64,000 nt of DNA, taken from contig JBBRRY010000005.1 in assembly GCA_038245905.1 (NCBI GenBank), forward strand, positions 72,742 to 136,741, in the 5' to 3' direction. A model generated the notes under the pieces. The model saw only the letters and a list, made by a program, of their open reading frames with translations. It did not search any database and was not told the DNA's origin. Source of the stretch: Thermoanaerobaculia bacterium (GTDB taxonomy: Bacteria; Acidobacteriota; Thermoanaerobaculia; UBA5066). Within the stretch, counting starts at the first letter, position 1. Each line of letters starts with the position of its first letter. Position numbers and translations under genes: made by a program. Shown here one piece after another: positions 19,904 through 30,788 of the stretch.

Positions 19904-20299
19904 TCAGCTCAGCCGAGTAATACCCGGGTGTCCGTCGAATCCTGCGTCGAAGGTCAGGATCTCACTCACGCCCTGCTCCTCCATGACCGCGAGGTGCAGG
20001 GCGTCACGGGCCGAGAGCTTCCGGCGCGCGAGAACGATGGACTTCGCGTGATTCGCCGCGGAGATATGGATCGGGAAGACCTCATCGACGACCGCTAGAA
20101 GAGCATCGAAAGCCAGTTGGATCATGTCCCGGCGGTCGATCGCTACGTACCGGTGCAGGATCTCCTGAAGGACCTCGACGTCGGTCACGAGGCGGCGCCG
20201 CTCGGCGATGAGTTGTTCCACGAGCTGCTGCGCGTCCACCTTGTGGGGATGGGCGGCGCCTACGAGGTACATCGGGATGTTCGAGTCGACGAAGATCAC
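19904..20299 (-). CDS. vapC: VapC PIN-domain toxin
   Basis: GTG start: IFVDSNIPMY, VLQEILHRY, LSARDALHLA, TFDAGFD. Confidence 0.9.
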   Translation of the reverse strand: MIFVDSNIPMYLVGAAHPHKVDAQQLVEQLIAERRRLVTDVEVLQEILHRYVAIDRRDMIQLAFDALLAVVDEVFPIHISAANHAKSIVLARRKLSARDALHLAVMEEQGVSEILTFDAGFDGHPGITRLS

Positions 20300-20547
20300 T
20301 CGCCCGATCCGTAGCCCTTCTCGATCTCGGCGAGCATCTGCCCGATGTCTGCTGTCGGCCCTTGGTGCTTCACGGCACGTCGGATCGCGGCGAGCTTCTC
20401 GGCGACGTCGCCGACCGGCTCCTTCCGACGCGCTTCGCGAAGCGCGCCCCGCACCCACTCGGCTACGGTCATGCGCTTCGCGCGCGCGGCGCGCTGGATC
20501 TCGCGGATCTCGGGCTCTTCGAGAAGTACCTGCAGACGCTTACTCAT
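20296..20547 (-). CDS. vapB: VapB-like antitoxin (RHH-like)
   Basis: MSKRLQVLL...AARAKRMTVAEWVR; 4-nt overlap with vapC; ACTCAT-N4-ATGAGT palindrome over the start. Confidence 0.8.
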   Translation of the reverse strand: MSKRLQVLLEEPEIREIQRAARAKRMTVAEWVRGALREARRKEPVGDVAEKLAAIRRAVKHQGPTADIGQMLAEIEKGYGSGE

Positions 20548-20694
20548 CATCATGAGTCTATCAGACTGTTACTATGAGTGTCGTCTCGTCTGACCCCTCA
20601 ACCCACTGCTCCTCGCCGCGCTTTTCCGCCCTGATCAGCCCGCATCATGGCGGCCGGGCACGCACTCGGGCGACCCTAGTTTCGAGGTTTGCCC

Positions 20695-21999
20695 ATGTCG
20701 ATCGCCACGGCCGGGGAGGATCTCCTCGGTAACCTGATCGCGGACGGGAGCATTTCGCGCCCGTCCGCTCCCGCGCCCGAAACCCTGTGGAATCAGCGCT
20801 TCGCGCAGAGAACGCAGCGCATCACGGCCTCGATGATCCGCGAGCTCCTCAAGCTCACGGAACAGCCCGACATCATCTCCTTCGCCGGCGGCCTGCCCGC
20901 GCCCGAGGTGTTCCCCGTCGAGGAGATCCGCGCCGCGACCGAGCGCGTCCTCCGTGACAACCCGACGACGGCCCTCCAGTACACGACGACCGAGGGCTAC
21001 CGGCCGCTCCGCGAGCTCCTCGTCCGCCACATGAGCCGCTACGGCGTCGAGGTCAGGCCCGAGAACGTCCTCGTGACGTCCGGCTCGCAGCAGGCTCTGG
21101 ACCTGATCGGGAAGCTTCTCATCAACCCCGGCGACCGCGTCCTGACCGAGGCTCCGACGTACCTCGGCGCCCTGCAGGCCTTCAACGCATACCAGGCTGA
21201 CTACCTTCCCGTGCCGATCGACGACGACGGGATGAACGTCGACGCACTCGAGGAGCAACTGCGGGGCGGGCCGAAGTTCGTGTACGCGCTCCCGAACTTT
21301 CAGAACCCCGCGGGCGTCACTCTCAGCATGGCGCGCCGCCGGCGCCTCGTCGAGCGGGCGGCTCACGTCGGGATCCCGATCGTCGAGGACGACCCGTACG
21401 GACAGCTCCGGTACGAAGGGGAGCATCTCCCGTCGCTCGTGAGGCTCGACGCCGAGACGCACGGCTGCGCGAACGGCGAGCGCGTGTTCACCGGCAACGT
21501 CCTCTACCTCTCGACGCTCTCGAAGACGCTCGCGCCAGGCCTCAGGGTGGCATGGGTCGTCGCCCCAGAGGTCGTCATCTCGAAGCTCGTCCAGATCAAG
21601 CAGGGCGCCGACCTTCACACCTCGACGTTCTGCCAATACGTCGCCTACGAGGCCGCCAAGGGCGGCTTCCTCGACAAGCACGTGCGCCGGATCCGGACGG
21701 TCTACGGCGAGCGCCGCGACGCGATGCTCCGCTCCCTCGACCGCCACGCGCCTCCAGGCGTGCGCTGGACGCGGCCGGGGGGGGGACTCTTTCTCTGGGC
21801 GACGCTGCCCGAAGGTTTCGACACTCTGAAGCTCCTCGACGAGGCGATCGCCGAAAAGGTCGCGTTCGTCCCCGGCTCCGCGTTCTACCCCTATGGCGGC
21901 GGCGAGCGGACGATGCGCCTGAACTTCTCCTACGCGGCGCCCGACGTCATCGAAGAGGGCATCAAGCGGCTTTCGCGTGTGATCGAGAGGAAGCTCTAA
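20695..21999 (+). CDS. PLP-dependent class I aminotransferase (LysN/Aro8-like)
   Basis: ISFAGGLP, SGSQQALDL, PNFQNPAG, IVEDDPY, STLSKTLAPGLRVAW. Confidence 0.92.
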   Translation: MSIATAGEDLLGNLIADGSISRPSAPAPETLWNQRFAQRTQRITASMIRELLKLTEQPDIISFAGGLPAPEVFPVEEIRAATERVLRDNPTTALQYTTTEGYRPLRELLVRHMSRYGVEVRPENVLVTSGSQQALDLIGKLLINPGDRVLTEAPTYLGALQAFNAYQADYLPVPIDDDGMNVDALEEQLRGGPKFVYALPNFQNPAGVTLSMARRRRLVERAAHVGIPIVEDDPYGQLRYEGEHLPSLVRLDAETHGCANGERVFTGNVLYLSTLSKTLAPGLRVAWVVAPEVVISKLVQIKQGADLHTSTFCQYVAYEAAKGGFLDKHVRRIRTVYGERRDAMLRSLDRHAPPGVRWTRPGGGLFLWATLPEGFDTLKLLDEAIAEKVAFVPGSAFYPYGGGERTMRLNFSYAAPDVIEEGIKRLSRVIERKL

Positions 22000-22005
22000 C
22001 CGCGC

Positions 22006-22785
22006 TCAAGCCCCGTGAACGCCTTCCTTCGAGGAGGCGATGAAGTCGCGGAGAAACTTCACGTCGTCGGACGCCGCCGCGAGCGGGTCGAGACCCGCAA
22101 GGAGGGCGGCCTTGTCGTGGCGGTGCTTGTGGAGGATGCGGTAGGCCTTCTGGAGGGCTTGGACGCGCTCCTTCGAGAAGCCCTTGCGTTCGAGGCCGAC
22201 CGCGTTGACCTTGTATGCCTTCACGTCGCGCTCGCCCGCGCTCCACAGGAACGGCAGCACGTCGCGGTTCATCGTCGCGTAGGCTCCGACGAACGCGTGA
22301 CGCCCGACCCGGATGAACTGACGCGCGCCCGCGTAGGCCCCGAGGACGACGTCGTCCTCCACCGTCGTATGACCGGCAAGCCCCGCGTAGTTCGCGAAGA
22401 CGGTCCGGCTCCCGACGACACAGTCGTGGGCGACGTGGGTGTACGCCATGAAGAGGTTGTCGTCGCCGATCACGGTGGTCTTGTGACCCGTGACGGTGCC
22501 GCGGTGGATCGTGCAGAACTCACGGAAGACGTTCCGGTTGCCTATCACGAGCGTCGTCGGCTCGCCCTTGTACTTGAGGTCCTGCGGCGGCCCGCCGAGC
22601 GCGGCCAGCGGGAAGATCCGATTGTCCTCGCCGATCGTCGTGGGGCCCTCGATGACGGCGTGGGCGCCGACGGTCGTGCGCGCGCCGATCGTGACGTCGG
22701 CTCCGATGATCGCGTAGGGGCCGATGTCCGCGGTCGGATGGACGGAAGCCATCGGGTCCACGACGGCGGTCGGGTGAATCGGCAT
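22006..22785 (-). CDS. lpxA: UDP-N-acetylglucosamine acyltransferase
   Basis: MPIHPTAVV, PQDLKYKGE, REFCTIHRGT, HVAHDC hexapeptide repeats. Confidence 0.96.
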   Translation of the reverse strand: MPIHPTAVVDPMASVHPTADIGPYAIIGADVTIGARTTVGAHAVIEGPTTIGEDNRIFPLAALGGPPQDLKYKGEPTTLVIGNRNVFREFCTIHRGTVTGHKTTVIGDDNLFMAYTHVAHDCVVGSRTVFANYAGLAGHTTVEDDVVLGAYAGARQFIRVGRHAFVGAYATMNRDVLPFLWSAGERDVKAYKVNAVGLERKGFSKERVQALQKAYRILHKHRHDKAALLAGLDPLAAASDDVKFLRDFIASSKEGVHGA

Positions 22786-23261
22786 CACGCAGCTCCCGGA
22801 CGGCTCACGAGGCTCGACATGATCTCGGCCTCGGCGCAGAGTGCGCCGTCCACGCGGGCCTCCGCCTTGATCTTCACGAGGCCCATTCTCACGTTCAGGA
22901 TCTCCACGGTCGCGACGAGCTGGTCCCCCGGGAACACGGGCCGCCGGAAGCGCGCCTTGTCGACGCCCGAAAGGTACATGAGCTTCGAGGCGGGATCCGG
23001 CTCGCGCGCGAAGAACAGGCAGCCCGCAACCTGCGCCATGAACTCGAGGATCAGCACACCGGGCATGACCGGGTTCCCCGGGAAGTGCCCCTGGAATTGC
23101 GGCTCGTTCACGCTGATGTTCTTGAACCCGACGGCCCTCGAGCCCGGCACGACCGGCCCCGGCGACATCTCGAGGATCCGGTCCACGAGGAGAAACGGGT
23201 AGCGATGCGGCAGGAGCCGCATGATCTCCAGAATGCTGAGGCCCGTGCTCTCTTCTGTCAT
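22785..23261 (-). CDS. fabZ: 3-hydroxyacyl-ACP dehydratase
   Basis: LPHRYPFLLVD, FQGHFPGNPVMPGVLILE. Confidence 0.96.
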   Translation of the reverse strand: MTEESTGLSILEIMRLLPHRYPFLLVDRILEMSPGPVVPGSRAVGFKNISVNEPQFQGHFPGNPVMPGVLILEFMAQVAGCLFFAREPDPASKLMYLSGVDKARFRRPVFPGDQLVATVEILNVRMGLVKIKAEARVDGALCAEAEIMSSLVSRPGAA

Positions 23262-24289
23262 TCTGGCGCACCCTTGAGGAGGCCCGATTTCTCGGCCAGG
23301 CGGCGCACGAGGCGTGCCGTCTCCGGCAGCCGGCTGAACTCGATGTACGACTTCTCGTAGGCGCGATAGCCGATCGCGGGCGTCCCGTAGAGCGCCTGGC
23401 CCGGGGGCACGTCGCGCCCGATTCCGCTCTGGGCCTGCGCCTTCGCGCCGTCGCTGACCGTGATGTGCCCCGCGACGCCGACCTGTCCGCCGAGGACCAC
23501 GCCGTTCCCGATGACGGCCGACCCGGAGATACCGGATTGCGCGCAGATGATCGTGTGGCGGCCGACCGTCACGTTGTGGCCGATCTGAACGAGGTTGTCG
23601 ACCTTCGTACCGGCTCCGAGGGACGTCGTCTCGAGGGCCGCCCGGTCGACGCACGCGTTCGCGCCGACTTCGACGTCGTCGCCGATCGCGACGATTCCGA
23701 CCTGCGGAATCTTGACGATGCCGTTGCCCGTCGTCGCGTAGCCGAACCCGTCCGCTCCGAGAACGGCCCCGCTGTGGATCTCCACTCGCTCGCCGAGAGC
23801 GATGCGGTCGTACAGGACGACGTGGGCATGGAGCCAGGAGCCCTTGCCGACGCGGCAGTTCGCGCCAACGACGGTGTGCGCCTCGATCACGGCGCCGGCC
23901 TCGATTCGCGCGTCGGCGCCGATCACGGCGAACGGGCCGATCTCGGCGGATGGGTCGACCGCCGCGGAAGGATCGACGACCGCGGTCAGGTGGATTCCGG
24001 GCCGCGCGGACCGGCGCGGATGGAAGACCTGGAGAACGGCAATGAGAGCCTGTTGGGGATCGGCCACCTCGATGACGGTCTTCTCCGGCAGGTCGGACGC
24101 GGTGCGAGCCAGGAAGGCCGCGGCCCTGGAGGAGAGGGCGCGCTTCAATGCCTTGGCGTCCAACACGAACGACAGGGACTCGGCGCCCGCACCCTCCAGG
24201 GATCGGACGCCGGCCAGCCGCCGGTCTCCGTCGCCGACGACGCGCCCACCGCAGGCGCGGGCCACTTCGGCGACGGAGAAGAGCGCCAC
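23258..24289 (-). CDS. lpxD: UDP-3-O-acylglucosamine N-acyltransferase
   Basis: GADGFGY, IPQVG, KVDNLVQIGHNV, GGQVGVAGH. Confidence 0.96.
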   Translation of the reverse strand: MALFSVAEVARACGGRVVGDGDRRLAGVRSLEGAGAESLSFVLDAKALKRALSSRAAAFLARTASDLPEKTVIEVADPQQALIAVLQVFHPRRSARPGIHLTAVVDPSAAVDPSAEIGPFAVIGADARIEAGAVIEAHTVVGANCRVGKGSWLHAHVVLYDRIALGERVEIHSGAVLGADGFGYATTGNGIVKIPQVGIVAIGDDVEVGANACVDRAALETTSLGAGTKVDNLVQIGHNVTVGRHTIICAQSGISGSAVIGNGVVLGGQVGVAGHITVSDGAKAQAQSGIGRDVPPGQALYGTPAIGYRAYEKSYIEFSRLPETARLVRRLAEKSGLLKGAPE

Positions 24290-24296
24290 GCCCAGC

Positions 24297-24908
24297 TTAC
24301 TTCTTGGGAGCGGCCGAAACGGCGGGCTTGGTCGCGGCGGGAGCGGCAGGCTTTGCCGCGGCCGGTGCAGCCGGAGCCGCGATCATCGAGTTGAACTTCG
24401 TGATGACGGCTTCCGTCAGGTCGACGGACTTGTCATCGGCGAAGAGCAGCCCCGAGTTGAACTTGTTGAATACGAGGGTGTAACCCTGTTCGCGCGCGAC
24501 CTCGTTGATCACCGGCATGATCCGTTTCTCGAGATCTCCGAGCTCCTTGCGCTGGGACTCTTCCAGCTCGCGCTGGGCGTCGTCCTGGAAGCGCTTCAGA
24601 TCGAGCGCCTTGGCCTGATAGTCCTTCTGGAGCTTCTCCATGGCGTCCTCGGACAGGGACTTGCCCTGGTCCTGGATCTTCTGCTCCATGTCCCGGAGCT
24701 CCTTCTGGCGCTTGGCGAGGTCGTCCTGCTTGGCCTGTTGGACCTTTTGGACCCTGGCCAGGCTCTCCTTGCCGATGGCGGACTCCTGAACGATCTTCTG
24801 GACTTCGATCACGCCGATCTTTCCACCGGCGGTCGACTGGGCGGAGGCTCCGCTGGCGAGAACACCGAGGGCAAGGGCGCCGGCGGCGAGGGTCACGGTG
24901 CGATTCAT
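24297..24908 (-). CDS. skp: Skp/OmpH periplasmic chaperone
   Basis: Signal peptide, KIGVIEVQKI, coiled coil, VDLTEAVI. Confidence 0.92.
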   Translation of the reverse strand: MNRTVTLAAGALALGVLASGASAQSTAGGKIGVIEVQKIVQESAIGKESLARVQKVQQAKQDDLAKRQKELRDMEQKIQDQGKSLSEDAMEKLQKDYQAKALDLKRFQDDAQRELEESQRKELGDLEKRIMPVINEVAREQGYTLVFNKFNSGLLFADDKSVDLTEAVITKFNSMIAAPAAPAAAKPAAPAATKPAVSAAPKK

Positions 24909-24984
24909 GGATGGAACTCCTTCGTTGATTTTGGTCTCCGGGAGAACGCCGTCTCCAAGGAGGCGCGGATCATACTGGAAATGG

Positions 24985-27549
24985 CTAGAACGTCGTCCCG
25001 ATCGAGAACTGGAAGTCGGTCTTGGATTCCGTCTGGATGACCGTGCCCGCCGCGTCCTTCAGGTCTTTCGGCTTGAGGTTGATGCCGTAGATGAACCGCA
25101 GGGGCGCCTGGAAAATAGGCAGGAAGACGCGCATTTCGAGGCCAGTCGAGGTGCGCATCGAGCCGAGATTCACCGACTGGCCCTCGAGCCAGGTGTTTCC
25201 CGCGTCGAAAAAGGCCGCGATCTTCAGCGGGCCGGCGAGCGCGTATACGTACTCAAAATTGAACACCGCAAACCGGTTCCCTCCGAGGAGGGCGCCGGAG
25301 CTCGTAAAGAAAGCCCGGTCCTGGTCGTCCACAGGGTAGATCGATCCGTACTTGAACCCGCGCACGGAGCGGTCTCCCCCGATGCGGTAGCGCTCGAAGA
25401 GGGGTATCCGGCTGTCGGAGGTGATCTCGTTTGGATCCTGCTCGCCGTTGTAGGCCTTGAGAAGCCCGAGATCGAGGTTCAGCGCGAAGTTGCCCTTCTT
25501 GCCGAACGGGATGTAACGCGTCGCGTTCGCGCTGAGTTTGTAGTACGAGAAGTTGCCGCCGAACGGCCCGCCCGCCATGGACAGCGAGGCGCCGACCTTC
25601 ATTCCCCGATTCGGGTCGAAGGGGTCGTTTCGGCTGTCGTACCGGTACCCGGGGGTGACCGCCGACGTCTTGCCGACGTACGTCGCGAACGCCACCGGGA
25701 CGGCGCCGCCGCCGGGGGGAGCAGGCGGCGGATAAACCTGATACGTGCTCTGGGTGTCGGTGTAGGCGTAAAAGATCGAGGCGACGTCGAAGACCCCCAG
25801 CCCATAGCCGAGCGAGAGGCTCGCGCCCTTGCTCTTCTGGTCGAGGCCGCCTGCGACATCGCTGTAGTCCAGCGTTCGGTTGAAGATCGAGCCGCCGACC
25901 GACATCCTCTGGTCGAGAAACCATGGCTCGGCAAACGAGACGTCGAAGAAGTTCGACCGGTTGCCGCGCTGGAACTGGACTCCGAGGTTGTCGCCGCGGC
26001 CGAGGAAGTTCCGCGTGTTGAACTGGAACTGCCCGAACAGGCCGTCGAGCTGCGAATAACCCGCGCCGAACTGGACCTCGTTACGGTTCGTGTCCGTGCC
26101 CTTGATCGAGACGTCGACCGTCTTCTTCTCCGCGTTGACGCGGAAATCGGGGTCTTCCTCGATCTTGAAGTAGCCGAGCTGCGTCACCTTGAACAGACTC
26201 TTTTTGAAGGTCTCCATGTCCATGATGTCGCCTTCGAAGACCTGCAGCTCGCGTCTCAGCACCTTGTCGCGCGTCGTCTTGTTGCCCGTGAATTCGATTC
26301 GGCCGAGCCGGTACTGGTCGCCTTCGGTAATCTTCACGACGACGTCAACGACGTGATTCGGTTTCTCGGTGTTCTCGGGGTTCATGAAGACGTAGATGTA
26401 GCCGCGGCTGCGGTAGGTGGCGTCGACGGACTTCATCCCGTCGGCGATGACCGCCCGGCTCATCGGTTTCCCAGCCCGATAGCCGAAGAACCGCTCGAGC
26501 TGCTCCGGCCGGAAGACCGTCGAGCCTTCGACCGTGACCTTGCCGAAATAGAACTTCTCGCCCTCGACGATCGGGATCGTGATCCGGACACGCCGGTTGA
26601 TCTTTTCCCGGCGCTTTTCCCTGGGGTTCATCACGAACACGTCGAGGATCGGGTCCTTGATGACGACGTCCTTGTAGCCCGCGTCCTGATAGACCTTGCG
26701 GAGACTCTCGGCGTCTTCTTCATAGCCCGCCTGGTTGAACGTGGACTTGCTGTCGAAGAACCGCCACCAGTGCGCCTGCTTTGTCTTCTTGATCGCGTAC
26801 CGGAGCTTGGTCTGGCCGAAGACCGTGTTGCCCACGAAGACGATCGACTCGATCTTGATCTTGTCGCCCTCGTCCACGAGGAAGACGACGCGGCGTTGCA
26901 GATCGGAGACGTTCTCGGTTGTCGCGTCGATCGCCACGGACCGGAAACCCTCGGCCTTGTAGGCTTCGAGGAGGACCGACTTCGCCTTCGCGACGTCCCG
27001 CAGCGAAACGGGCGCTCCCACCCTGATCTCCGCCTTTCCTTCCTTGAGCTTGTCCTTGAGCTGGGAGGTCGTCATCTTCTTATTGCCCCGGAATTCGAGG
27101 TCCGAGACGGTCGGCCGCTCGACGACGATCGCGACGAGCACGATGCCGGCCGGAGTCGTCTCTTTTTCGAGAGTCACGTTCTCGAAGAGGCCCGAGTCCC
27201 AGAGCTTTCCGAAATTCCGCTTGACCTGCTCCTCGTCGAACGGATCGCCCGCCTTGATGCCCAGATAGAAACCGACCGTCTCGGCGGCAGTCGTCTTTCC
27301 GCCGCGGACGACGATTTGCGCGATCTTCGGTTTGGCGGCCGCCGGCGCGGGGGCAGGGGTAATGGCCGAGGCTGCGGACATGTCCGGTTTCGGCAGCATG
27401 CCCGACAGGGGCGATTCCGTCCGTGTTTCGCTGAAAGGGGAATCGCCTGAAGGCGTCGGCGTGGGAGAGGGCGATTGGGCGAGCGCGGCCCTGCACGCAA
27501 GAACGGCCAGTAAGGTCCCCGTGAGGGCCTGAGCCTTAATGGCACGCAC
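24985..27549 (-). CDS. bamA: Outer membrane protein assembly factor BamA
   Basis: Five POTRA-like repeats, GNKTTRDKVLRRE, SVRGF, C-terminal FQFSIGTTF; start placed at GTG 27549. Confidence 0.95.
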   Translation of the reverse strand: MRAIKAQALTGTLLAVLACRAALAQSPSPTPTPSGDSPFSETRTESPLSGMLPKPDMSAASAITPAPAPAAAKPKIAQIVVRGGKTTAAETVGFYLGIKAGDPFDEEQVKRNFGKLWDSGLFENVTLEKETTPAGIVLVAIVVERPTVSDLEFRGNKKMTTSQLKDKLKEGKAEIRVGAPVSLRDVAKAKSVLLEAYKAEGFRSVAIDATTENVSDLQRRVVFLVDEGDKIKIESIVFVGNTVFGQTKLRYAIKKTKQAHWWRFFDSKSTFNQAGYEEDAESLRKVYQDAGYKDVVIKDPILDVFVMNPREKRREKINRRVRITIPIVEGEKFYFGKVTVEGSTVFRPEQLERFFGYRAGKPMSRAVIADGMKSVDATYRSRGYIYVFMNPENTEKPNHVVDVVVKITEGDQYRLGRIEFTGNKTTRDKVLRRELQVFEGDIMDMETFKKSLFKVTQLGYFKIEEDPDFRVNAEKKTVDVSIKGTDTNRNEVQFGAGYSQLDGLFGQFQFNTRNFLGRGDNLGVQFQRGNRSNFFDVSFAEPWFLDQRMSVGGSIFNRTLDYSDVAGGLDQKSKGASLSLGYGLGVFDVASIFYAYTDTQSTYQVYPPPAPPGGGAVPVAFATYVGKTSAVTPGYRYDSRNDPFDPNRGMKVGASLSMAGGPFGGNFSYYKLSANATRYIPFGKKGNFALNLDLGLLKAYNGEQDPNEITSDSRIPLFERYRIGGDRSVRGFKYGSIYPVDDQDRAFFTSSGALLGGNRFAVFNFEYVYALAGPLKIAAFFDAGNTWLEGQSVNLGSMRTSTGLEMRVFLPIFQAPLRFIYGINLKPKDLKDAAGTVIQTESKTDFQFSIGTTF

Positions 27550-27608
27550 GGATCGACCGGAAGCGAACCCGGCGCAACCGCCGGGCGGACGTTTCGACGA
27601 CACCCGGT

Positions 27609-30041
27609 CTACCGGCCCGTACCGATGGGTTCGGGAGCGGGAGCCTGAACCTGAACCCTCAGTTCGTCTCCTGATACGGTCACTTCGACACACTCGATAG
27701 GCTCTCGCGAACCAATCAGCAATTCCGATACCGCGTCCTCGACGTGCCGCTGGATGGTCCGGCGAAGCGGACGCGCGCCCGAGTGCATGTCGTGGCCCGA
27801 GGCCTTGAGGAGCCAGTCGACGGCCGCCTCGTCGACCACGAGCCTGAGGCCGCGGTGCTTCAGCGTCTCGCCGACGTCGTCGAGAAGGAGGCGTCCGATC
27901 GCCCGGAGCTCCGGGAGGCCCAGGGGGTTGAAGACGATGATCTCGTCGACCCGGTTGATGAACTCCGGCGAGAACTCGCGCCGCAGCTCCTTGAGGACCA
28001 TTTCTTCGACCTCACGCTTCTCGGGGGCGTTCTTCGAGTCGCCGAAACCCATGCGGCTCCCGGTGACGAGGTACTTCGTGCCCACGTTCGAGGTCATGAT
28101 GATGAGCGTGTTCTTGAAGTCGACGACATTGCCGTAAGCGTCCGTGAGCTGGCCGTCCTCGAGGATCTGGAGGAGCAGGTTCGCGATGTCCGGGTGCGCT
28201 TTCTCGATCTCGTCGAGCAGGATCACGGAGTAGGGCTGGCGACGGATTCGCTCCGTGAGCTGGCCGCCTTCCTCGTGGCCGACGTAGCCCGGCGGCGAGC
28301 CGATGAGCTTGGAGACGGCGTGCTTTTCCATGTACTCGGACATGTCGAACCGCACGAGCGCTTTCGGGTTGTTGAAGAGGAACTCGGCGAGCTGGCGCGC
28401 GGCCTCGGTCTTTCCGACGCCGGAGGGACCGAGGAAGATGAACGAGCCCATCGGGCGGTTCGGGTTCTTCACGCCGAGGCGCGAACGGCGGATCGCGCGG
28501 CTGATCGCCTCGAGCGAACGGTCCTGGCCGATGACCCGCTTCTTGAGGGATTCTTCCATGTGGAGGAGCTTCTCGGCCTCCTCCATCTGGAGCGCCGTCA
28601 CGGGAATGCCGGTCCAGCTCGAGATGATCTCCTCGATGTCCGCACGCGTCACTTCGACAGGAGCCCCGCTGTCGAGCGACGAGGTCTTCGTGCGCTCGAT
28701 CTCTTCCTTGATCTCGATCTCGCGCTCGCGGAGGAAGACCGCCCGCTCGAAGTCCTTCTCCGAGATGGCCTTCTTCATCTCCTTGACGATCTGCTTGATT
28801 TCGTTCTCGAGCCGCCTCAGATTCTGGGTGTCGGCCGTCTTCCGGAGCTTCACCTTCGCGCCGGCCTCATCGAGGATGTCGATGGCCTTGTCGGGGAAGA
28901 AGCGGTCCGGGATGTAGCGGTTCGCCTGGTAGACGGCCGCCTTGATGGCGTCCGCCGTGTAGCGGACACGATGGAACGACTCGTAGCGCTCGCGCACGCC
29001 CTCGAGAATCCGGAGTGTTTCCTCCTCGTCCGGAGGGGCGACCGTGATGGCCTGGAACCGGCGCAGGAGCGAACGGTCCTTCTCGATGTACTTCCGGTAT
29101 TCCTTCAGCGTCGTCGCGCCGATGCAGGCGATCTCGCCGCGCGACAGCGCCGGCTTGAGAATGTTCGCGGCGTCGAGCGAGCCCTCGGCCGAGCCCGCAC
29201 CGATGAGAGAGTGGATCTCGTCGATGAAGACGATGAGGTCCTGGTTTTCCTTCAGCTCCTTGAGGATTCCCTTCAGACGCTCCTCGAACTGGCCGCGGTA
29301 CTTCGTGCCCGCGACGATGAGCGAAAGGTCGAGCGCGAGGATCTTCCGCTGCGCGAGGAACAGCGGCACGCCGCCCTCGACGATGCGCTGCGCGAGCCCC
29401 TCGACGATGGCCGTCTTGCCGACGCCCGGCTCCCCGAGGAGGATCGGGTTGTTCTTCGTCCGGCGGGACAGAATCTGAATGATGCGCTCGACCTCCAGGT
29501 CGCGCCCCACGAGGGGATCGAACGCGTTCTGCTGCGCGAGGGCGGTCAGGTCGCGCGCGTACTCGGCCAGGAACGGAAGCTCCTTCTTCTGCTTCGAAGC
29601 CTCGCGCTCCTTGATGAGCGCGATCGTCTCTTCCCGGACGCCGTACAGGTTGAAGCCGTGCGCCATGAGAATGCGTCCCGCGACGCAGGGATCGACCCGG
29701 AGAATCCCGATGAGGAGGTGCTCCGTGCCGACATAGGGATGCATCATCGACTCCGCCTCGTGGGAGGCGTACGCGAGGATCTTCTTCGACTCCTCCGAGA
29801 GCGGGAGCTCCTGAGTGGAGGACACGCGCTCGACGAAGACGCGGTCGCCCTCGACCTCTCGCCGGATGTCGTCGGGCTTCACGTTGAAGCGGGCGAAGAT
29901 CTCCTTGATGATCTCCTCGCCCTCGCGAAGAACCCCGAGCAGAATGTGCTCGGACTCGATGACCTTCGACCCCAGCTTCGAGGACTCGTACCGGGCGAAA
30001 AACAGTGCCCGGCGCGCCTTCTCGTTGTACTTTTCGAACAT
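27609..30041 (-). CDS. clpC: ClpC-type AAA+ protease ATP-binding subunit
   Basis: Clp-N repeats, [11 protein letters not shown]-like coiled coil, [11 protein letters not shown] ClpP-docking loop. Confidence 0.93.
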   Translation of the reverse strand: MFEKYNEKARRALFFARYESSKLGSKVIESEHILLGVLREGEEIIKEIFARFNVKPDDIRREVEGDRVFVERVSSTQELPLSEESKKILAYASHEAESMMHPYVGTEHLLIGILRVDPCVAGRILMAHGFNLYGVREETIALIKEREASKQKKELPFLAEYARDLTALAQQNAFDPLVGRDLEVERIIQILSRRTKNNPILLGEPGVGKTAIVEGLAQRIVEGGVPLFLAQRKILALDLSLIVAGTKYRGQFEERLKGILKELKENQDLIVFIDEIHSLIGAGSAEGSLDAANILKPALSRGEIACIGATTLKEYRKYIEKDRSLLRRFQAITVAPPDEEETLRILEGVRERYESFHRVRYTADAIKAAVYQANRYIPDRFFPDKAIDILDEAGAKVKLRKTADTQNLRRLENEIKQIVKEMKKAISEKDFERAVFLREREIEIKEEIERTKTSSLDSGAPVEVTRADIEEIISSWTGIPVTALQMEEAEKLLHMEESLKKRVIGQDRSLEAISRAIRRSRLGVKNPNRPMGSFIFLGPSGVGKTEAARQLAEFLFNNPKALVRFDMSEYMEKHAVSKLIGSPPGYVGHEEGGQLTERIRRQPYSVILLDEIEKAHPDIANLLLQILEDGQLTDAYGNVVDFKNTLIIMTSNVGTKYLVTGSRMGFGDSKNAPEKREVEEMVLKELRREFSPEFINRVDEIIVFNPLGLPELRAIGRLLLDDVGETLKHRGLRLVVDEAAVDWLLKASGHDMHSGARPLRRTIQRHVEDAVSELLIGSREPIECVEVTVSGDELRVQVQAPAPEPIGTGR

Positions 30042-30086
30042 TCTCAGAGTACCGTTTTGACTCCTTGAAACCGCCGAGAAGGGAAG

Positions 30087-30788
30087 CTAGGCGACATCGC
30101 TCAAACCCTCTTCTCCCAGCAGTTTGATCGTAGCACAGCGACGCGCCCACTCCGGGTCGTGCGTCACGATGATCGCGGCCCCCGCACGCTCTTTCGCCAC
30201 GTCGGCGAGGAGCTCGAAGACGCGCGCCGCGTGGGCCGCGTCGAGGCTGCCGGTCGGCTCGTCGCAAAGAAGGAGCCGCGGCCTCCTCACGACCGCGCGG
30301 GCGATCGCGACGCGCTGGCGCTCGCCGCCCGAGAGCGTCCGCGGGAAAGCGCCCGCCCGCCCGAGGAGCCCGACGCGGTCGAGAACCTCGCGCGCCTCGC
30401 GGCGGCCCTCTTCTTCCGCACGGCCGGCGAGGAACAACGGCAGGGCCACGTTTTCCTCGGCGGTGAGCTCCGGCAGCAGGTGGTGGAACTGAAACACGAA
30501 GCCCACGCTCGCGCCTCGTACCGCCGCGCGCGGCGCGGGCGCGAGGGTTGCCCAGTCCGCGCCGTCGAGCGCCACCGTGCCCGCGTCGGGCGTGTCGAGC
30601 CCGGCAAAGAGATGGAGCAGCGTCGATTTTCCACAGCCCGAGGGGCCCGTGATGGCGAGAAGGTCGCCCGCGAGAACGCGGAGCGACACGCTCCGAAAGA
30701 CCTCGACGCGCCCTTCGTCGGAGCCGAAGCCCTTCGCGAGGCCCTCCGCGACGAGCAAGGGCGCGGCTTCAGGCACTTCAGGCGCCAC
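30087..30788 (-). CDS. lolD: Lipoprotein-releasing ABC transporter ATPase
   Basis: GPSGCGKST, GFVFQFHHLLPE, LSGGERQR, DEPTGSLD. Confidence 0.88.
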   Translation of the reverse strand: MAPEVPEAAPLLVAEGLAKGFGSDEGRVEVFRSVSLRVLAGDLLAITGPSGCGKSTLLHLFAGLDTPDAGTVALDGADWATLAPAPRAAVRGASVGFVFQFHHLLPELTAEENVALPLFLAGRAEEEGRREAREVLDRVGLLGRAGAFPRTLSGGERQRVAIARAVVRRPRLLLCDEPTGSLDAAHAARVFELLADVAKERAGAAIIVTHDPEWARRCATIKLLGEEGLSDVA

